Source: a bacterium (GTDB lineage Bacteria > Hinthialibacterota > Hinthialibacteria > Hinthialibacterales > Hinthialibacteraceae). Taken from it: a stretch of DNA of 64,000 nt. This document shows, piece by piece, positions 40,026 to 50,402 of this stretch. The notes under the pieces were generated by a model. That model ran no database searches, was not told the DNA's origin, and saw only the letters and a list, made by a program, of their open reading frames with translations. The translations under genes were made by a program, and so were the position numbers. The stretch is from NCBI GenBank assembly GCA_963662285.2, contig CAXXMV010000002.1, positions 64,001-128,000 of the forward strand, in the 5' to 3' direction. The stretch's first letter is position 1. Each line of letters begins with the position of its first letter.

Positions 40026-40442
40026 GTGGCATTAGCAAATTGTCCCCGGTGTGGGGCATTATTTAATAAAATTACAACCGATTACTGTAAAAAATGTTAT
40101 GAAGAAGAAGAAAACCTTCTTAGACAAACACAAGATTTTCTACGCAAGAACCGGGCTGCAGCAGTGTTTGAGATTTTAGAAGAAGTTGAGCTTGAACAAT
40201 GGATGCTTGAAAAATGGGTAGCTGAACAGCGGATAACCTTGAGCAATCCATCTGATCTTCAAGCAATCCCGCGGTGCTCATCATGCGGCAGAGAAATAAA
40301 GATTGGTCAGAATATGTGCTCTACATGCAAGTTTAAAAAACTTGCAGCAAAAAAACCCTCCTCCACTCAAAAAGATAAACCAGCTGAAGAGGAAAAAGAA
40401 AAAACAACGCGATCAGGAATGCATTTTAAAACCCGAACATAA
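40026..40442 (+). CDS. YvyF-like (TIGR03826-type) zinc-ribbon protein
   Basis: LANCPRCGALF..CKKC..LRKN, second CSSCG..CSTC and C-terminal SGMHF. Confidence 0.75.
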   Translation: MALANCPRCGALFNKITTDYCKKCYEEEENLLRQTQDFLRKNRAAAVFEILEEVELEQWMLEKWVAEQRITLSNPSDLQAIPRCSSCGREIKIGQNMCSTCKFKKLAAKKPSSTQKDKPAEEEKEKTTRSGMHFKTRT

Positions 40443-40531
40443 AACGCTTCTCGAAAATTCATTACCAAAAAAATACTCTACATCCATTCAATGTAGAGTA
40501 TTTTTTAAATAATGCTCTGATTAAAATCCAC

Positions 40532-41899
40532 CTATAAAAACCGCAGTAACGATTCAATTCGTTGTTTGGCTGCGTCTGATTCAATCAAACCATTCTCTGA
40601 TAACATAGATAGGGTTCTGGCCGAGGTTTGAAACGCTCTGGCTCTATCATAAGAATCAATGTGATGATGCGGCGCGAATTGGTGAATGATCGCAAGAGGA
40701 TTGCCATGCAGAACCAGTTCCAGATTGCGCAACCAATCAATCAGTCGTTTGGCGCCTTCCTGTACGGTCCGGGCATTGTTGGTCAGCAACATATATTGCG
40801 CGGAACCCCATGATTGAGTCGTGCCCCAATTGCGCCCGATCATGAAAGGCGCCAGGTGCAAAGCGGAGATAACCTGTTCACCGATGGCCTGAATACTCTC
40901 TGACCATTGTTGAAGACTGCCATTGGGGCCGATATATTGAACTTCCACATTATCAAATGTTACCAGGTTGCTATCTGTTTTTTTATCCTCAAGCTCTTGA
41001 TTGACCGCGCTGAGTTCCTGCTGCATGCGCACATTGTAACTGCTTAAGCTTTCTCGCGTTTCACGTTCAGGGACGGTAAGTTTGAAATGAATAGTCGGGT
41101 AACCGGCATTATGCTGAGCTCGAGCCATATCGTTAATCAGTTGCTGTTGCAGTTTAACAACCAGAGGAAGAGACAACAGAGGCGACCGTCCGTATGGAGA
41201 CAACCCATCCGTATCCAAACCAAAATAGAAGAAAGATGCTGAATTGAGCGCGACAAGACTGCCATCAGACTGAATTTGGAATGGAGTATATTTGCGGGTG
41301 ATTGGATTCATCTTAAAGCGTATGGTTGCTGGATCGATAATGATAAAGCTTTCTATTCTTCGGTGTAAATCATCTAGAACCACTTCACCGCAAAACGCCC
41401 CATAAGTGAAAACGGAGAGGAAAAAACATTGCGTCAATGCTTCTACGCCTTTTTCCCGCTCGTTCTGAAAGCCATATATTCGCCTATCTAAACTCTGGAG
41501 AATTGTTTTGGCTTCCTGTTGACTAACCGCACTGCCCTCTTCAAACGAATATGAAAGCGGCGTAGTACAAAGCCTGACCCATGCCCAAACTCCGGCTGAT
41601 ACATCAGGAATATAATCTCGAAGCCGCCGAAGAATCGGGAAAAGAATGCGTGGATCCAAACCGGAGGGTAATAAATAACTGGATTCTGAATCTAGCAGCA
41701 TGCGCGGCTCACTGGGAAAGGGAAGTGAGAACGGCTTACTCGGCATAGTGGATTGTGGAATCCAGGCTACAGATCGTTTGTGATGCGGTGAAGATACAGT
41801 ATCTCGATTAAACCATTTACGAAGCGTATGTAACATTTTTTCCTCCCGAAATGTATTTAGGATTATTGGTTGGAACAAATAGAATGATTTGTCTGACAA
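40532..41899 (-). CDS. Phage portal-like protein, orphan
   Basis: PDVSAGV, FTYGAFCGEVV, IDPATIRF, SPYGRSPL and ISALHLAPFMIG follow the layout of portal proteins. Start probably 41836 (MLHTL). Confidence 0.6.
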   Translation of the reverse strand: MSDKSFYLFQPIILNTFREEKMLHTLRKWFNRDTVSSPHHKRSVAWIPQSTMPSKPFSLPFPSEPRMLLDSESSYLLPSGLDPRILFPILRRLRDYIPDVSAGVWAWVRLCTTPLSYSFEEGSAVSQQEAKTILQSLDRRIYGFQNEREKGVEALTQCFFLSVFTYGAFCGEVVLDDLHRRIESFIIIDPATIRFKMNPITRKYTPFQIQSDGSLVALNSASFFYFGLDTDGLSPYGRSPLLSLPLVVKLQQQLINDMARAQHNAGYPTIHFKLTVPERETRESLSSYNVRMQQELSAVNQELEDKKTDSNLVTFDNVEVQYIGPNGSLQQWSESIQAIGEQVISALHLAPFMIGRNWGTTQSWGSAQYMLLTNNARTVQEGAKRLIDWLRNLELVLHGNPLAIIHQFAPHHHIDSYDRARAFQTSARTLSMLSENGLIESDAAKQRIESLLRFL

Positions 41900-42215
41900 A
41901 CTCTATTCCAGAAACCGCTCTAATTTTTCCGTAATTCTAAAATAGATCCCTCTACTAATAGGAGAAAAACCGCAAAAAACGACCTCTAAAATGCATTTTG
42001 GTAAGGAAATGACCTAATATCAAATAGTTATAAGTCTTATTTCTAACCTTAAAAAAATCCCAAAATCATTCATAATTGACATCGCGGCAAATAATACAAC
42101 TCGTCAAAAAGACAAAATGTTGATATCGTGTATTTTACTTAGGCGTTATACAAAAGAAATAAACAACACAAAAATTCATTATTACGAATAAAAAAGAGAT
42201 AGGACGGTCAAAAGC

Positions 42216-45200
42216 ATGTCTTCCTCGTCAAATGACGCTATAAAAATATCAAATTTCGCTTTAGTAGTGATTGCTATTGTGATTCTCGGTTCGGTATTGC
42301 GATTAGTTTATTTAGATAACATGGCGTTTCATCATGATGAATCGATACATGCGTATTATTCGCATGATATGTATAAGGGAAACCTTGGCAACCATACCTA
42401 TGATCCAACCTATCACGGCCAGTTTCTTTATCATTATGGCGCTTTATTTTTTCTTCTTTTTGGAGACACCGATACAGTAGCCCGTCTGCCTTATGTAAGT
42501 TTCGGGATTTTGATGTTTTATTTCGTGTGGCGCCTACGTTCATATATTGGTTCAACCGGAGTTATTGCCGGATTATTATTTATTGCGTTTTCGCCGACCT
42601 TAACCTATTTTTCCCGCTTCGCCCGGAACGATATTTATATGGCGACCATGGCTTTGGGAATTTTGCTGTTCTCGCTGGATTATTTAAAAACCTTAAAAGG
42701 ACAATATTTGGTATTAGCGGCCTTTTTTCTCGCGCTGATGTATACCTGTAAAGAAAACTCTTACATGACGGGATTCGTATTCGGCTCGTTCATCGTTTTC
42801 TACGGAATATATTATGTAATAAGTTATCCGCGAGAAGTCCGTAAACTTGCATTGACTGCTATATTCAAAGACCGGGCGCCTTTTACCAAGTTATTGACTT
42901 TATATGGTCTTTTTTCCTGCACGGCTTTTTCCTTAGTGGCATACGTATCTCATACCACAGAGTTCCGCGAAACCGCCCTATTATTCAAGGAACAGCGTAA
43001 TAGAGAAACCTTTGAAATATCCATATTGCGAGACGCATGGACCAGTTTCATGCAGAATCATCCCTGGTTCGCCGGTTGGGGTCAGTTTTTATGGGTATTA
43101 ATACCGGTAATAATCGCCGCCATACTATTTGTTCTCTATGGATATATATCCCGTAAATCTTCTACCAAGCCGGAAGAAGGCAATTGGTTTTCACGGTTCG
43201 CCAAAGAAAATATTGCTCTAGTAGCCAGTCTATTGGTTATCTTTACCGTCTATACCATGATGTTCACCAATATGGGGACGCATACCGCCGGTATGAAATC
43301 CGGCGTAATTGATTACCTGCTCTATTGGATGGGTCAACAGGGAGCGCCGCGCATCGCCGGACCACCGGATTACTACATTCCAAGATTACTTATTTATGAA
43401 CCAGCCTTGATTATATTCGGCCTACTGGCGTTTGTGATATACACCTGGAATGGATTAGGCCTAGTCAATTTTGTCGCCTTCCAAGTATTTTTCGGAGTAT
43501 CCGTTTATGCATATTGGAGCGTCGCCTTAGTGAAAACAGGTTCTCCGAAGTCTGCTCTATTGCTATGGTTGGTAGGAATATGCATTTCTATGGCGATTGT
43601 ATTATCCCAGAAGTTGGCCTCGCTTTTCTCCTTTATTCCTAAAGATTTAGAAAACAATGATAACTCAATTGATCCAAGAAATGATTCTTCCCTGGTTCCA
43701 AACGGCCTGCGCTGTTTCTTGATTTATTGGAGCGTTCTTTCAATATTGATTTATGCGCTGCTGGAAGAGAAAGTACCCTGGTTATTAGTGCATCAAGTGC
43801 TTCCACTGGCGTTACTTACAGGAGTTTTTATCAGTGATGTGTGGAAGAGACTGGGGCCGGGCGCTTTGCGTAACTTCTTCGCCATTGTTGTAGGCTTATT
43901 GGTAGTATACGAAGCCCGGACCGACCTGATATTGAATGTATATCATCCGGATGATCCACGGGAATTAATGATCTATACCCAAACCGATCATAGCGCAATC
44001 AAAGTCGTTGAAGAGATCAAGGAGGGCGCCGCGCAATTAGGAGCGGAATATATGCCCCCCAATCCAACCAAGACTATCGCATTTTTCCAAGGTCATTCGG
44101 TTTGGCCGTATGTTTGGTATTTTCGCAACTATATGACAGCCTCATCAGATAAAGGATTGCCTACGTCCGATATCCCCTTCACTATTGTTAACACAGAACT
44201 TGAAAGGAATATGACGGTTTGGGCTAAAGGCAATTACACCAAGAGGAAGATATTTCACCGCAGCTGGTGGCCTCCAGCGCTGGATACGCCTTTGAGAATA
44301 TCCACGCCCTCCATGCGCCATGAGATGCCATTCGCATACGCCAAAAGTAGAGGCCTAAAACCAATTGATGGATGGCGCATGTTATGGAAATACATCCTTT
44401 ACCGTGAAGTCTGGGGTCACCCAGGCGGTGTAAACGTCACCTTTTATAAACGGTCGCCATTAGTAGAGAATGAAGCCTCGCCAAAGGTTGCTGAAGGTTA
44501 TAACAATCCGGTAAGTCCATTGCGAGTCATTAAGACTATCGGGAAATATGGAAAAGCCGAAGGCGAGTTCATTGAACCAAGGGGCATTGCATTTTCTCCA
44601 GACGAATCCCGTTTATATGTTCTCGACGCCCAAAATGGCCGAATTCAGGTATTTGATAAAGAGCTTAATTTCGTCGGTTGGTTCGGCGGCCCCGGAAAAG
44701 AGCTGGGTCATTTAACCGTTGACGAAGGTGACGGACCCAATGGAGGAATCGCGGTCGGCCCGGATGGAACCATCTATGTCACCGATACCTGGCATGCAGG
44801 AACCGGCAGGATTAATAGATATACCGCCGAAGGAAAAGCCCTTAGCCCGCTTGTTCCAAGCAGGGGTGATTCATTCTACTTCCCCAGAGGATTGGCTATT
44901 GCCAGTAATGGTATGCTCTACGTAGCCGACACTGGGAAGCACAGAATTGTTCAATTTAATCCAGACGGTTCATACGCCGGCGCCTTAATAGAAAATCAAC
45001 TTAAAGAACCCGTCGGCGTCACGGTTGGTTCTAATGGTTGGATATACGTATGCGATGTCGGCATGCACCGTGTGGCGGCATTCAGCCCCCAAGGCAATTT
45101 CATGAGGCAATATTCGATTTTGGGCTGGAATCCGGAGATTGCAGGCGATATGGTTTGGATTGAACCCTATGTCGCCGTAGATCGAGTAGGCAATGTTATT

Positions 45201-45392
45201 GCATCCGATTCAACAACTCATACTATTTACCGCTTCGATCCTCTCGGAAAAAAGGTGACTCAAGCTGGTGGTGAAGGCAGCGGATTGAGTAAACTGCGTA
45301 AACCAAAAGGCATAATTATCGATTCGCATGATTACTTATATATCGCGGATAGCATGAATCATAGGATAATCAAAGCGCAATTCACTCGATAG
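42216..45392 (+). CDS. TIGR03663/Agl23-like GT-C membrane protein fused to C-terminal NHL repeats
   Basis: AFHHDESIHAY, YDPTYHG, FSRFARND, KEN, EKVPWL and YTQT, then EPRGIA/FPRGLA/YIADSMNHRI NHL blades. Confidence 0.85.
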   Translation: MSSSSNDAIKISNFALVVIAIVILGSVLRLVYLDNMAFHHDESIHAYYSHDMYKGNLGNHTYDPTYHGQFLYHYGALFFLLFGDTDTVARLPYVSFGILMFYFVWRLRSYIGSTGVIAGLLFIAFSPTLTYFSRFARNDIYMATMALGILLFSLDYLKTLKGQYLVLAAFFLALMYTCKENSYMTGFVFGSFIVFYGIYYVISYPREVRKLALTAIFKDRAPFTKLLTLYGLFSCTAFSLVAYVSHTTEFRETALLFKEQRNRETFEISILRDAWTSFMQNHPWFAGWGQFLWVLIPVIIAAILFVLYGYISRKSSTKPEEGNWFSRFAKENIALVASLLVIFTVYTMMFTNMGTHTAGMKSGVIDYLLYWMGQQGAPRIAGPPDYYIPRLLIYEPALIIFGLLAFVIYTWNGLGLVNFVAFQVFFGVSVYAYWSVALVKTGSPKSALLLWLVGICISMAIVLSQKLASLFSFIPKDLENNDNSIDPRNDSSLVPNGLRCFLIYWSVLSILIYALLEEKVPWLLVHQVLPLALLTGVFISDVWKRLGPGALRNFFAIVVGLLVVYEARTDLILNVYHPDDPRELMIYTQTDHSAIKVVEEIKEGAAQLGAEYMPPNPTKTIAFFQGHSVWPYVWYFRNYMTASSDKGLPTSDIPFTIVNTELERNMTVWAKGNYTKRKIFHRSWWPPALDTPLRISTPSMRHEMPFAYAKSRGLKPIDGWRMLWKYILYREVWGHPGGVNVTFYKRSPLVENEASPKVAEGYNNPVSPLRVIKTIGKYGKAEGEFIEPRGIAFSPDESRLYVLDAQNGRIQVFDKELNFVGWFGGPGKELGHLTVDEGDGPNGGIAVGPDGTIYVTDTWHAGTGRINRYTAEGKALSPLVPSRGDSFYFPRGLAIASNGMLYVADTGKHRIVQFNPDGSYAGALIENQLKEPVGVTVGSNGWIYVCDVGMHRVAAFSPQGNFMRQYSILGWNPEIAGDMVWIEPYVAVDRVGNVIASDSTTHTIYRFDPLGKKVTQAGGEGSGLSKLRKPKGIIIDSHDYLYIADSMNHRIIKAQFTR

Positions 45393-45653
45393 AAACAATG
45401 CTATGCTGATGTATATGCCGATTGTCAACGCTGCATTTGTTCAAAAGCTCTTATCCCACAGGGAGAGAGGGCAGAGTAAGCGTAAAACAAGTTTGGCGCA
45501 TTATGAAAATTTTTCATGAAAATTATGACAAGGAAATTATTCTTCGATGCAATAATGAAAAATAATTTGCTCCTTTGACAATATAAATGATAAGATAAGA
45601 TATAGTTACTATTTAACATATATGATCCTGATAGTACTAGGAGAGTTGAATCT

Positions 45654-46649
45654 GTGCAGGGCAAATCAACGATATCGTTCGTTAATACCTTGAACTCCTT
45701 GGAAGAACCGCTAACGCTTATCGCAGCAGGCGTATCGGATGCCAACGGAGATTACCTTGTTTTTTTGCGCAAACAAGGTTTTATCATAGAAACATATCCC
45801 ACTATCAAAGGACTCCAGGAACACATCCTTGCTAATATTCCAAATATATTGTTGCTCGATTTAGATGCATTAGGGCAAGATATAATTCAGATTATCGCCC
45901 GCTTAAAAGCAAATCCGATGACCTATACCAAACCGGTCATTATTGTTGTTGGAGAGCGTGATTTAGAGAGCGAAATAAGAACTCTGGAAGCTGGCGCCGA
46001 AGATTTTATCGAGAAGCCTTTTCCCAGCCAATTGCTGTCCGCCCGCATTCAAACCAGCGTTCGACGCAATATCCGTTTGCAGGTATCTAATCCTTTAACC
46101 GGCTTGCCCGGCGCCGTTTATATTGAGGAATTGACCAGCAAGCGCTTGATCGAAAAAGACAAAGTTGCGATGTGCTACACTGATATAAACGATTTTAAGG
46201 CCTTTAACGACAAGTATGGATATAGACGCGGAGACAATGTTCTCCGCATCCTGGCTACCATTCTAAACGAATCGATAGGCATGTTCTCTAATGAGGGCGA
46301 TTTTGTCGGCCATATCGGCGGAGATGATTTTGTATTGATTGTGGATTATGAAAGAATTGACGAATCCTGTGCATATGTAACTCAAAGTTTTGATACATTG
46401 ATACCCTATCAGTATGACCAGAAAGATAGAGAACAAGGATATATAATCTCTAGCAACCGCCAAGGTGAGGAGATGCGCTTTCCTATCATGACCGTATCGA
46501 TAGGCATTGTAACAAATGAAACCAGAGATATTCAAAGTTATTTGCTAATGACAGAGTTAGCTGCTGAAATGAAGACATTCGCCAAAAACCACAGTAAATC
46601 TTCAAATCCCCCCAAGAGCCTTTATAAGATAGACAAACGAGTTGAATAG
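45654..46649 (+). CDS. Response-regulator diguanylate cyclase (REC + GGDEF)
   Basis: LLLDLD, AGAEDFIEKPF, NPLTGLPG, DINDFKAFNDKYG and GHIGGDDF. Confidence 0.9.
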   Translation: MQGKSTISFVNTLNSLEEPLTLIAAGVSDANGDYLVFLRKQGFIIETYPTIKGLQEHILANIPNILLLDLDALGQDIIQIIARLKANPMTYTKPVIIVVGERDLESEIRTLEAGAEDFIEKPFPSQLLSARIQTSVRRNIRLQVSNPLTGLPGAVYIEELTSKRLIEKDKVAMCYTDINDFKAFNDKYGYRRGDNVLRILATILNESIGMFSNEGDFVGHIGGDDFVLIVDYERIDESCAYVTQSFDTLIPYQYDQKDREQGYIISSNRQGEEMRFPIMTVSIGIVTNETRDIQSYLLMTELAAEMKTFAKNHSKSSNPPKSLYKIDKRVE

Positions 46650-46656
46650 AAGAGAT

Positions 46657-46770
46657 TAGAGCAATTATCAAAATTATGTTTGTTTATTATCACCTTTGGT
46701 CTTCGAATAAGCCAATCTTTTCTGTCTTTTCCGAATCGCCAAAAAGAACATTACTATGAAAAATACGCTA
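46657..46770. repeat. 114-bp dispersed repeat (MITE-like), copy 2
   Basis: TAGAGCAATTATCAAAATT...GAAAAATACGCTA. Colinear with 31517-31630. Confidence 0.8.
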
Positions 46771-46816
46771 GTTGAGCTACGGTTAAAGATGTGTTTGTAA
46801 ATTTTCTCTGTGAAGC

Positions 46817-47872
46817 CTATTTTTTCCTTTGATGAAAAGCCATACGCTTATAATCATCATTTCTTTGCGTTGCAACATCCGGAGTAAAATCTTCATATCC
46901 GGTTTCAGAAGGCGGCCGGGTTAACTCCGGATGCACCTGATCCACTTCTTGAAGATGTTCATCCATTTTTTGAATAAATTCACTGTATTTTTTAGTCGGA
47001 GGCGCTTTGCTATCATCTCTGAAAGCAACTCCCATAGTACGGAGAATCTCTTCCATCGTGCCATGCCGCACAGCTTTATCCACTTTGATTATAATCCGCT
47101 CAGCGTCCTCATGAGATAAAGGGCATAGGTCGCCATCGCCTTCTCTCAAAAGAGTAGAAACCACTGGAGGAAGCAGATTATCTTTAATTGCCTTTAACCA
47201 ATATTCAAGATAATGTTGTTGCGCCTCATAAAGCCCATATTCCCAGGGCATTATGTCAAAATCATCCCAGCATTCGATCATCTCTTCTGGCCGGGTAGTA
47301 AAGGTTTCAAAAGTATTAAAAGCGACGCAGACCATCTGAGAGTCTGCATTTTTACGCCAATAATCAATCGCAAGCCTTAAAGAGCGATTCTGGATAAGAC
47401 CGATACATGCATCTGACAATATTTTCCGCTCCCTAAGAGAGGGAATAGTTCCAACAAAACAGATAAAACCTTTATAATAAGATTTTATTTTCGTACTACT
47501 GCAAAAGGAAGAATAAGCTTTATTAAGAGCGGCTTTAATCCGCCCCTGGTCAGCATCATCTGTAAGAATATCAGCGACATGAAGTTGCTTAAAAAGAACC
47601 TGGATTAAGTTCGGCTGCGGTTGCGATAAAATGGGTATAAATTCACACTTCCATTGAAGACGCCCGATCATCTTAAACATTTTATTATCTTTTTCTGCAG
47701 AATCACCGCAACGGAAAAAAATAATATTTGGACGAAAAGAGTGAATTGCGGCGGCTGACTGATTAAGAGAGACCACGCTTTGTACATCCAATGATGGAAT
47801 ATCTTTTACAGTATCGATTACTCTCTCGCTCGTAGCTGTATCATTATCAATAACAAGACATCGAGTACGCAT
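46817..47872 (-). CDS. Hypothetical protein with N-terminal pseudo-receiver domain
   Basis: RCLVIDND..FRPNIIFF REC-like fold lacking the phospho-Asp. Remainder unrecognised. Confidence 0.6.
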   Translation of the reverse strand: MRTRCLVIDNDTATSERVIDTVKDIPSLDVQSVVSLNQSAAAIHSFRPNIIFFRCGDSAEKDNKMFKMIGRLQWKCEFIPILSQPQPNLIQVLFKQLHVADILTDDADQGRIKAALNKAYSSFCSSTKIKSYYKGFICFVGTIPSLRERKILSDACIGLIQNRSLRLAIDYWRKNADSQMVCVAFNTFETFTTRPEEMIECWDDFDIMPWEYGLYEAQQHYLEYWLKAIKDNLLPPVVSTLLREGDGDLCPLSHEDAERIIIKVDKAVRHGTMEEILRTMGVAFRDDSKAPPTKKYSEFIQKMDEHLQEVDQVHPELTRPPSETGYEDFTPDVATQRNDDYKRMAFHQRKK

Positions 47873-48180
47873 TTACTAATTCCCATTCTACGATAGATAA
47901 TAAAAATTTAGACGATTTCATATTTATAAAGATTATACCTGTTCGAAAACGACTTTAAGTCATAATTACTTAAATGATTAGAGGGATTTCGAAAAAAATG
48001 TTATTTTAATTTGGTATTGTCTTTATTAAGCTCTTCTTTACAGGTTTGTTAAACATTGACAAGAACCTTATTATTCAAACATCTCTAATATAAAATCATA
48101 AAAATGATCCTGCTGATACAAGGTTTATGTTTGAGAAAACTTAAAAATCAATCAATTAATTATTAATTAGGGATAATTCC

Positions 48181-49167
48181 ATGCGGCCAAATATATATGT
48201 AACACGCTCTATACCCCAACCGGCGTTAGATAAAATTGCGGATGCGGGATTTGATTTCGACGTTTATCCCGAAGATAGAGTAATTCCCCGTGAAATATTG
48301 CTGAAAAATGTGGGAAATAGAGATGGCATTTTATGCATTCTTACTGATACAATCGATAAGGGCGTTTTCGATAAAGCCCAAAAAGCCAAAATATTCGCAA
48401 ATTATGCTGTCGGTTACAATAACATTGATATTGACGAAGCCTCTAGAAGAGGAATTGCCATAACCAACACTCCCGGAGTATTAACCGATGCAACCGCCGA
48501 CCTGGCCTGGGCGCTTCTTTTTGCCGCCGCCAGAAGAATTCCTGAATCAGACTTATTTTTAAGAGAAGGAAAATTTGAGGGATGGGGTCCAGAGCTGCTT
48601 CTTGGCCAGGAAATAACCGGCAAAACTCTTGGAGTCGTCGGTTTAGGCCGTATAGGACAGGCTTTCGCTGGAAGAGCCGCCGCATTCAGGATGAAGATAC
48701 AATATTTCTCACGCTCGCGAAATGAAAACTTTGAAAAAGCATATCATTATGAGACAAAATTTGTTAATTTAGATAAATTATTAAGTACCAGCGACTTTGT
48801 AAGTCTACACGTTCCCCTGAAACCGGAAACCATCCATCTTATTGGAGAACGTGAATTAAAGCTAATGCAGCCGCACTCTATACTGATAAACACCGCTCGC
48901 GGTCCAATAGTAGATGAACCGGCCTTAGTTAAAGCGCTACGCGAGAAATGGATTTGGAGCGCCGGGTTAGATGTGTTTGAAGAGGAACCAAAAGTTCACC
49001 GGGATTTATTAAAGCTGCCTAACACGGTCTTACTTCCTCATTTAGGCAGCGCAACCATAGACGCAAGAACCAGGATGGGATTAATCGCCGTACAGAATAT
49101 GATAGAATTTTTCAGTGGGATGAGACCGACAAACCTTGTAAATCCAGAGGTTTGGAGTAATAAATAG
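48181..49167 (+). CDS. D-glycerate dehydrogenase/glyoxylate reductase (D-2-hydroxyacid dehydrogenase)
   Basis: AVGYNNID, TNTPGVLT, GVVGLGRIG, INTARGPIVDE, GLDVFEEEP and PHLGSAT. Confidence 0.93.
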   Translation: MRPNIYVTRSIPQPALDKIADAGFDFDVYPEDRVIPREILLKNVGNRDGILCILTDTIDKGVFDKAQKAKIFANYAVGYNNIDIDEASRRGIAITNTPGVLTDATADLAWALLFAAARRIPESDLFLREGKFEGWGPELLLGQEITGKTLGVVGLGRIGQAFAGRAAAFRMKIQYFSRSRNENFEKAYHYETKFVNLDKLLSTSDFVSLHVPLKPETIHLIGERELKLMQPHSILINTARGPIVDEPALVKALREKWIWSAGLDVFEEEPKVHRDLLKLPNTVLLPHLGSATIDARTRMGLIAVQNMIEFFSGMRPTNLVNPEVWSNK

Positions 49168-49243
49168 TATCGGGACGGCATAAAAAAATTGGTCATATTA
49201 CAGTGGTTTTAATAATAACGATAAATTTCACATAAGGTGTTTT

Positions 49244-49771
49244 ATGATGGATATTATAGAAAAAGGCAAAAGACTGGCTCAAGATGGTAAATATGAAGAA
49301 GCTTTGGATACACTGGCAACAGCGCTTAAAAATGATAAAAACAATCCCGATTTACATTTCTATCTTGGTCTTTGTTACAGTTCAATAGAAGAATTCGCAT
49401 ACGCAAAATATCATTACGAGATAGCGCTCACCCTAAAACCCGACCATGACAAAACCAATATGGTTTTCGGTAGTTTAATTGACGTCGATGCCGCAAAACC
49501 ACCTGAGCGGCTTTTGAGTATTCAAACCAAAGAAAATGTCCGACCACCCGAAAACGCAGAATACGCTATTAAAAACAAGGCGAAAGAACCACCACACAAA
49601 AAATTAAACCCTAAATTAAATTTAAGCGAAAAGAAATGGGAAGAAGCATTTCCAGACAATCTTATAATAGCAGAAGAAAAATCCAATTTATTATGGAAGA
49701 TGATCTTCATGGTTATTGGAATCGCAATCGTGGCTTCTATAGTATATTATGGATTAAACTATTTTGCGTGA
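49244..49771 (+). CDS. TPR protein with C-terminal membrane anchor
   Basis: PDLHFYLGLCY..YEIALTLKPD TPR and a C-terminal TM. Confidence 0.75.
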   Translation: MMDIIEKGKRLAQDGKYEEALDTLATALKNDKNNPDLHFYLGLCYSSIEEFAYAKYHYEIALTLKPDHDKTNMVFGSLIDVDAAKPPERLLSIQTKENVRPPENAEYAIKNKAKEPPHKKLNPKLNLSEKKWEEAFPDNLIIAEEKSNLLWKMIFMVIGIAIVASIVYYGLNYFA

Positions 49772-50402
49772 TTTGCATAACAACATTCTTTTAACCTTAA
49801 AAAGTTCTGTTAACCGCTTTATCACAAAAAAAGTCTACTTTTTGATTATTTTATCGATTATCCCGGAATTTTATATGACAATGACGATCAATAATGATAC
49901 CTTCAATAAGTAAGCTTTTTTCGCATTATAAAGAATCAATTCTAGAGCGCCTTTCATCATCACCTCCTGATACAAGATTCCAAATATAAGCCAAAAAAGT
50001 TCGGATTTTTTAAGACCACGCATGATTATAAACCAATATAATTTTGATATTCACTCTGGAGCTTGCCTCTAATATAGAATTGGTTACGATATTTCCAGAG
50101 CAGTTTATAAGCGGAAAACAGGTAACATGCTGAATTATCATGGATTGTACTAATTGGAGAGATAAAATACCCTCGCAAGATCGGTCTTGCCAAGAAATTA
50201 TTTCGAAAAATAAAAAAATCCTAGCCAAATATGTTTTAAATACGATATTAAAAATGTGGTACTCTATCTTTTATGTTTTTACGAATACGTAATACTTTTG
50301 TAGCATTTATAATGAGGTTTTTTTTGATTAAGGCATTAAATTATAATCTTTGATATATATATAGTAAATTTATTTGTTTTAACTATCCTTTGAGGTGATA
50401 AA

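Noticed and set aside
16801-41899. A prophage spanning the two phage-like genes
   Set aside because: The intervening 22 kb is mostly housekeeping (pckG, fusA, nikR, rsfS). No integrase or att repeats were seen.
49772-50402. Hidden gene or riboswitch in the long AT-rich spacer (also 27244-27764)
   Set aside because: No convincing ORF, RBS or recognisable conserved RNA structure.
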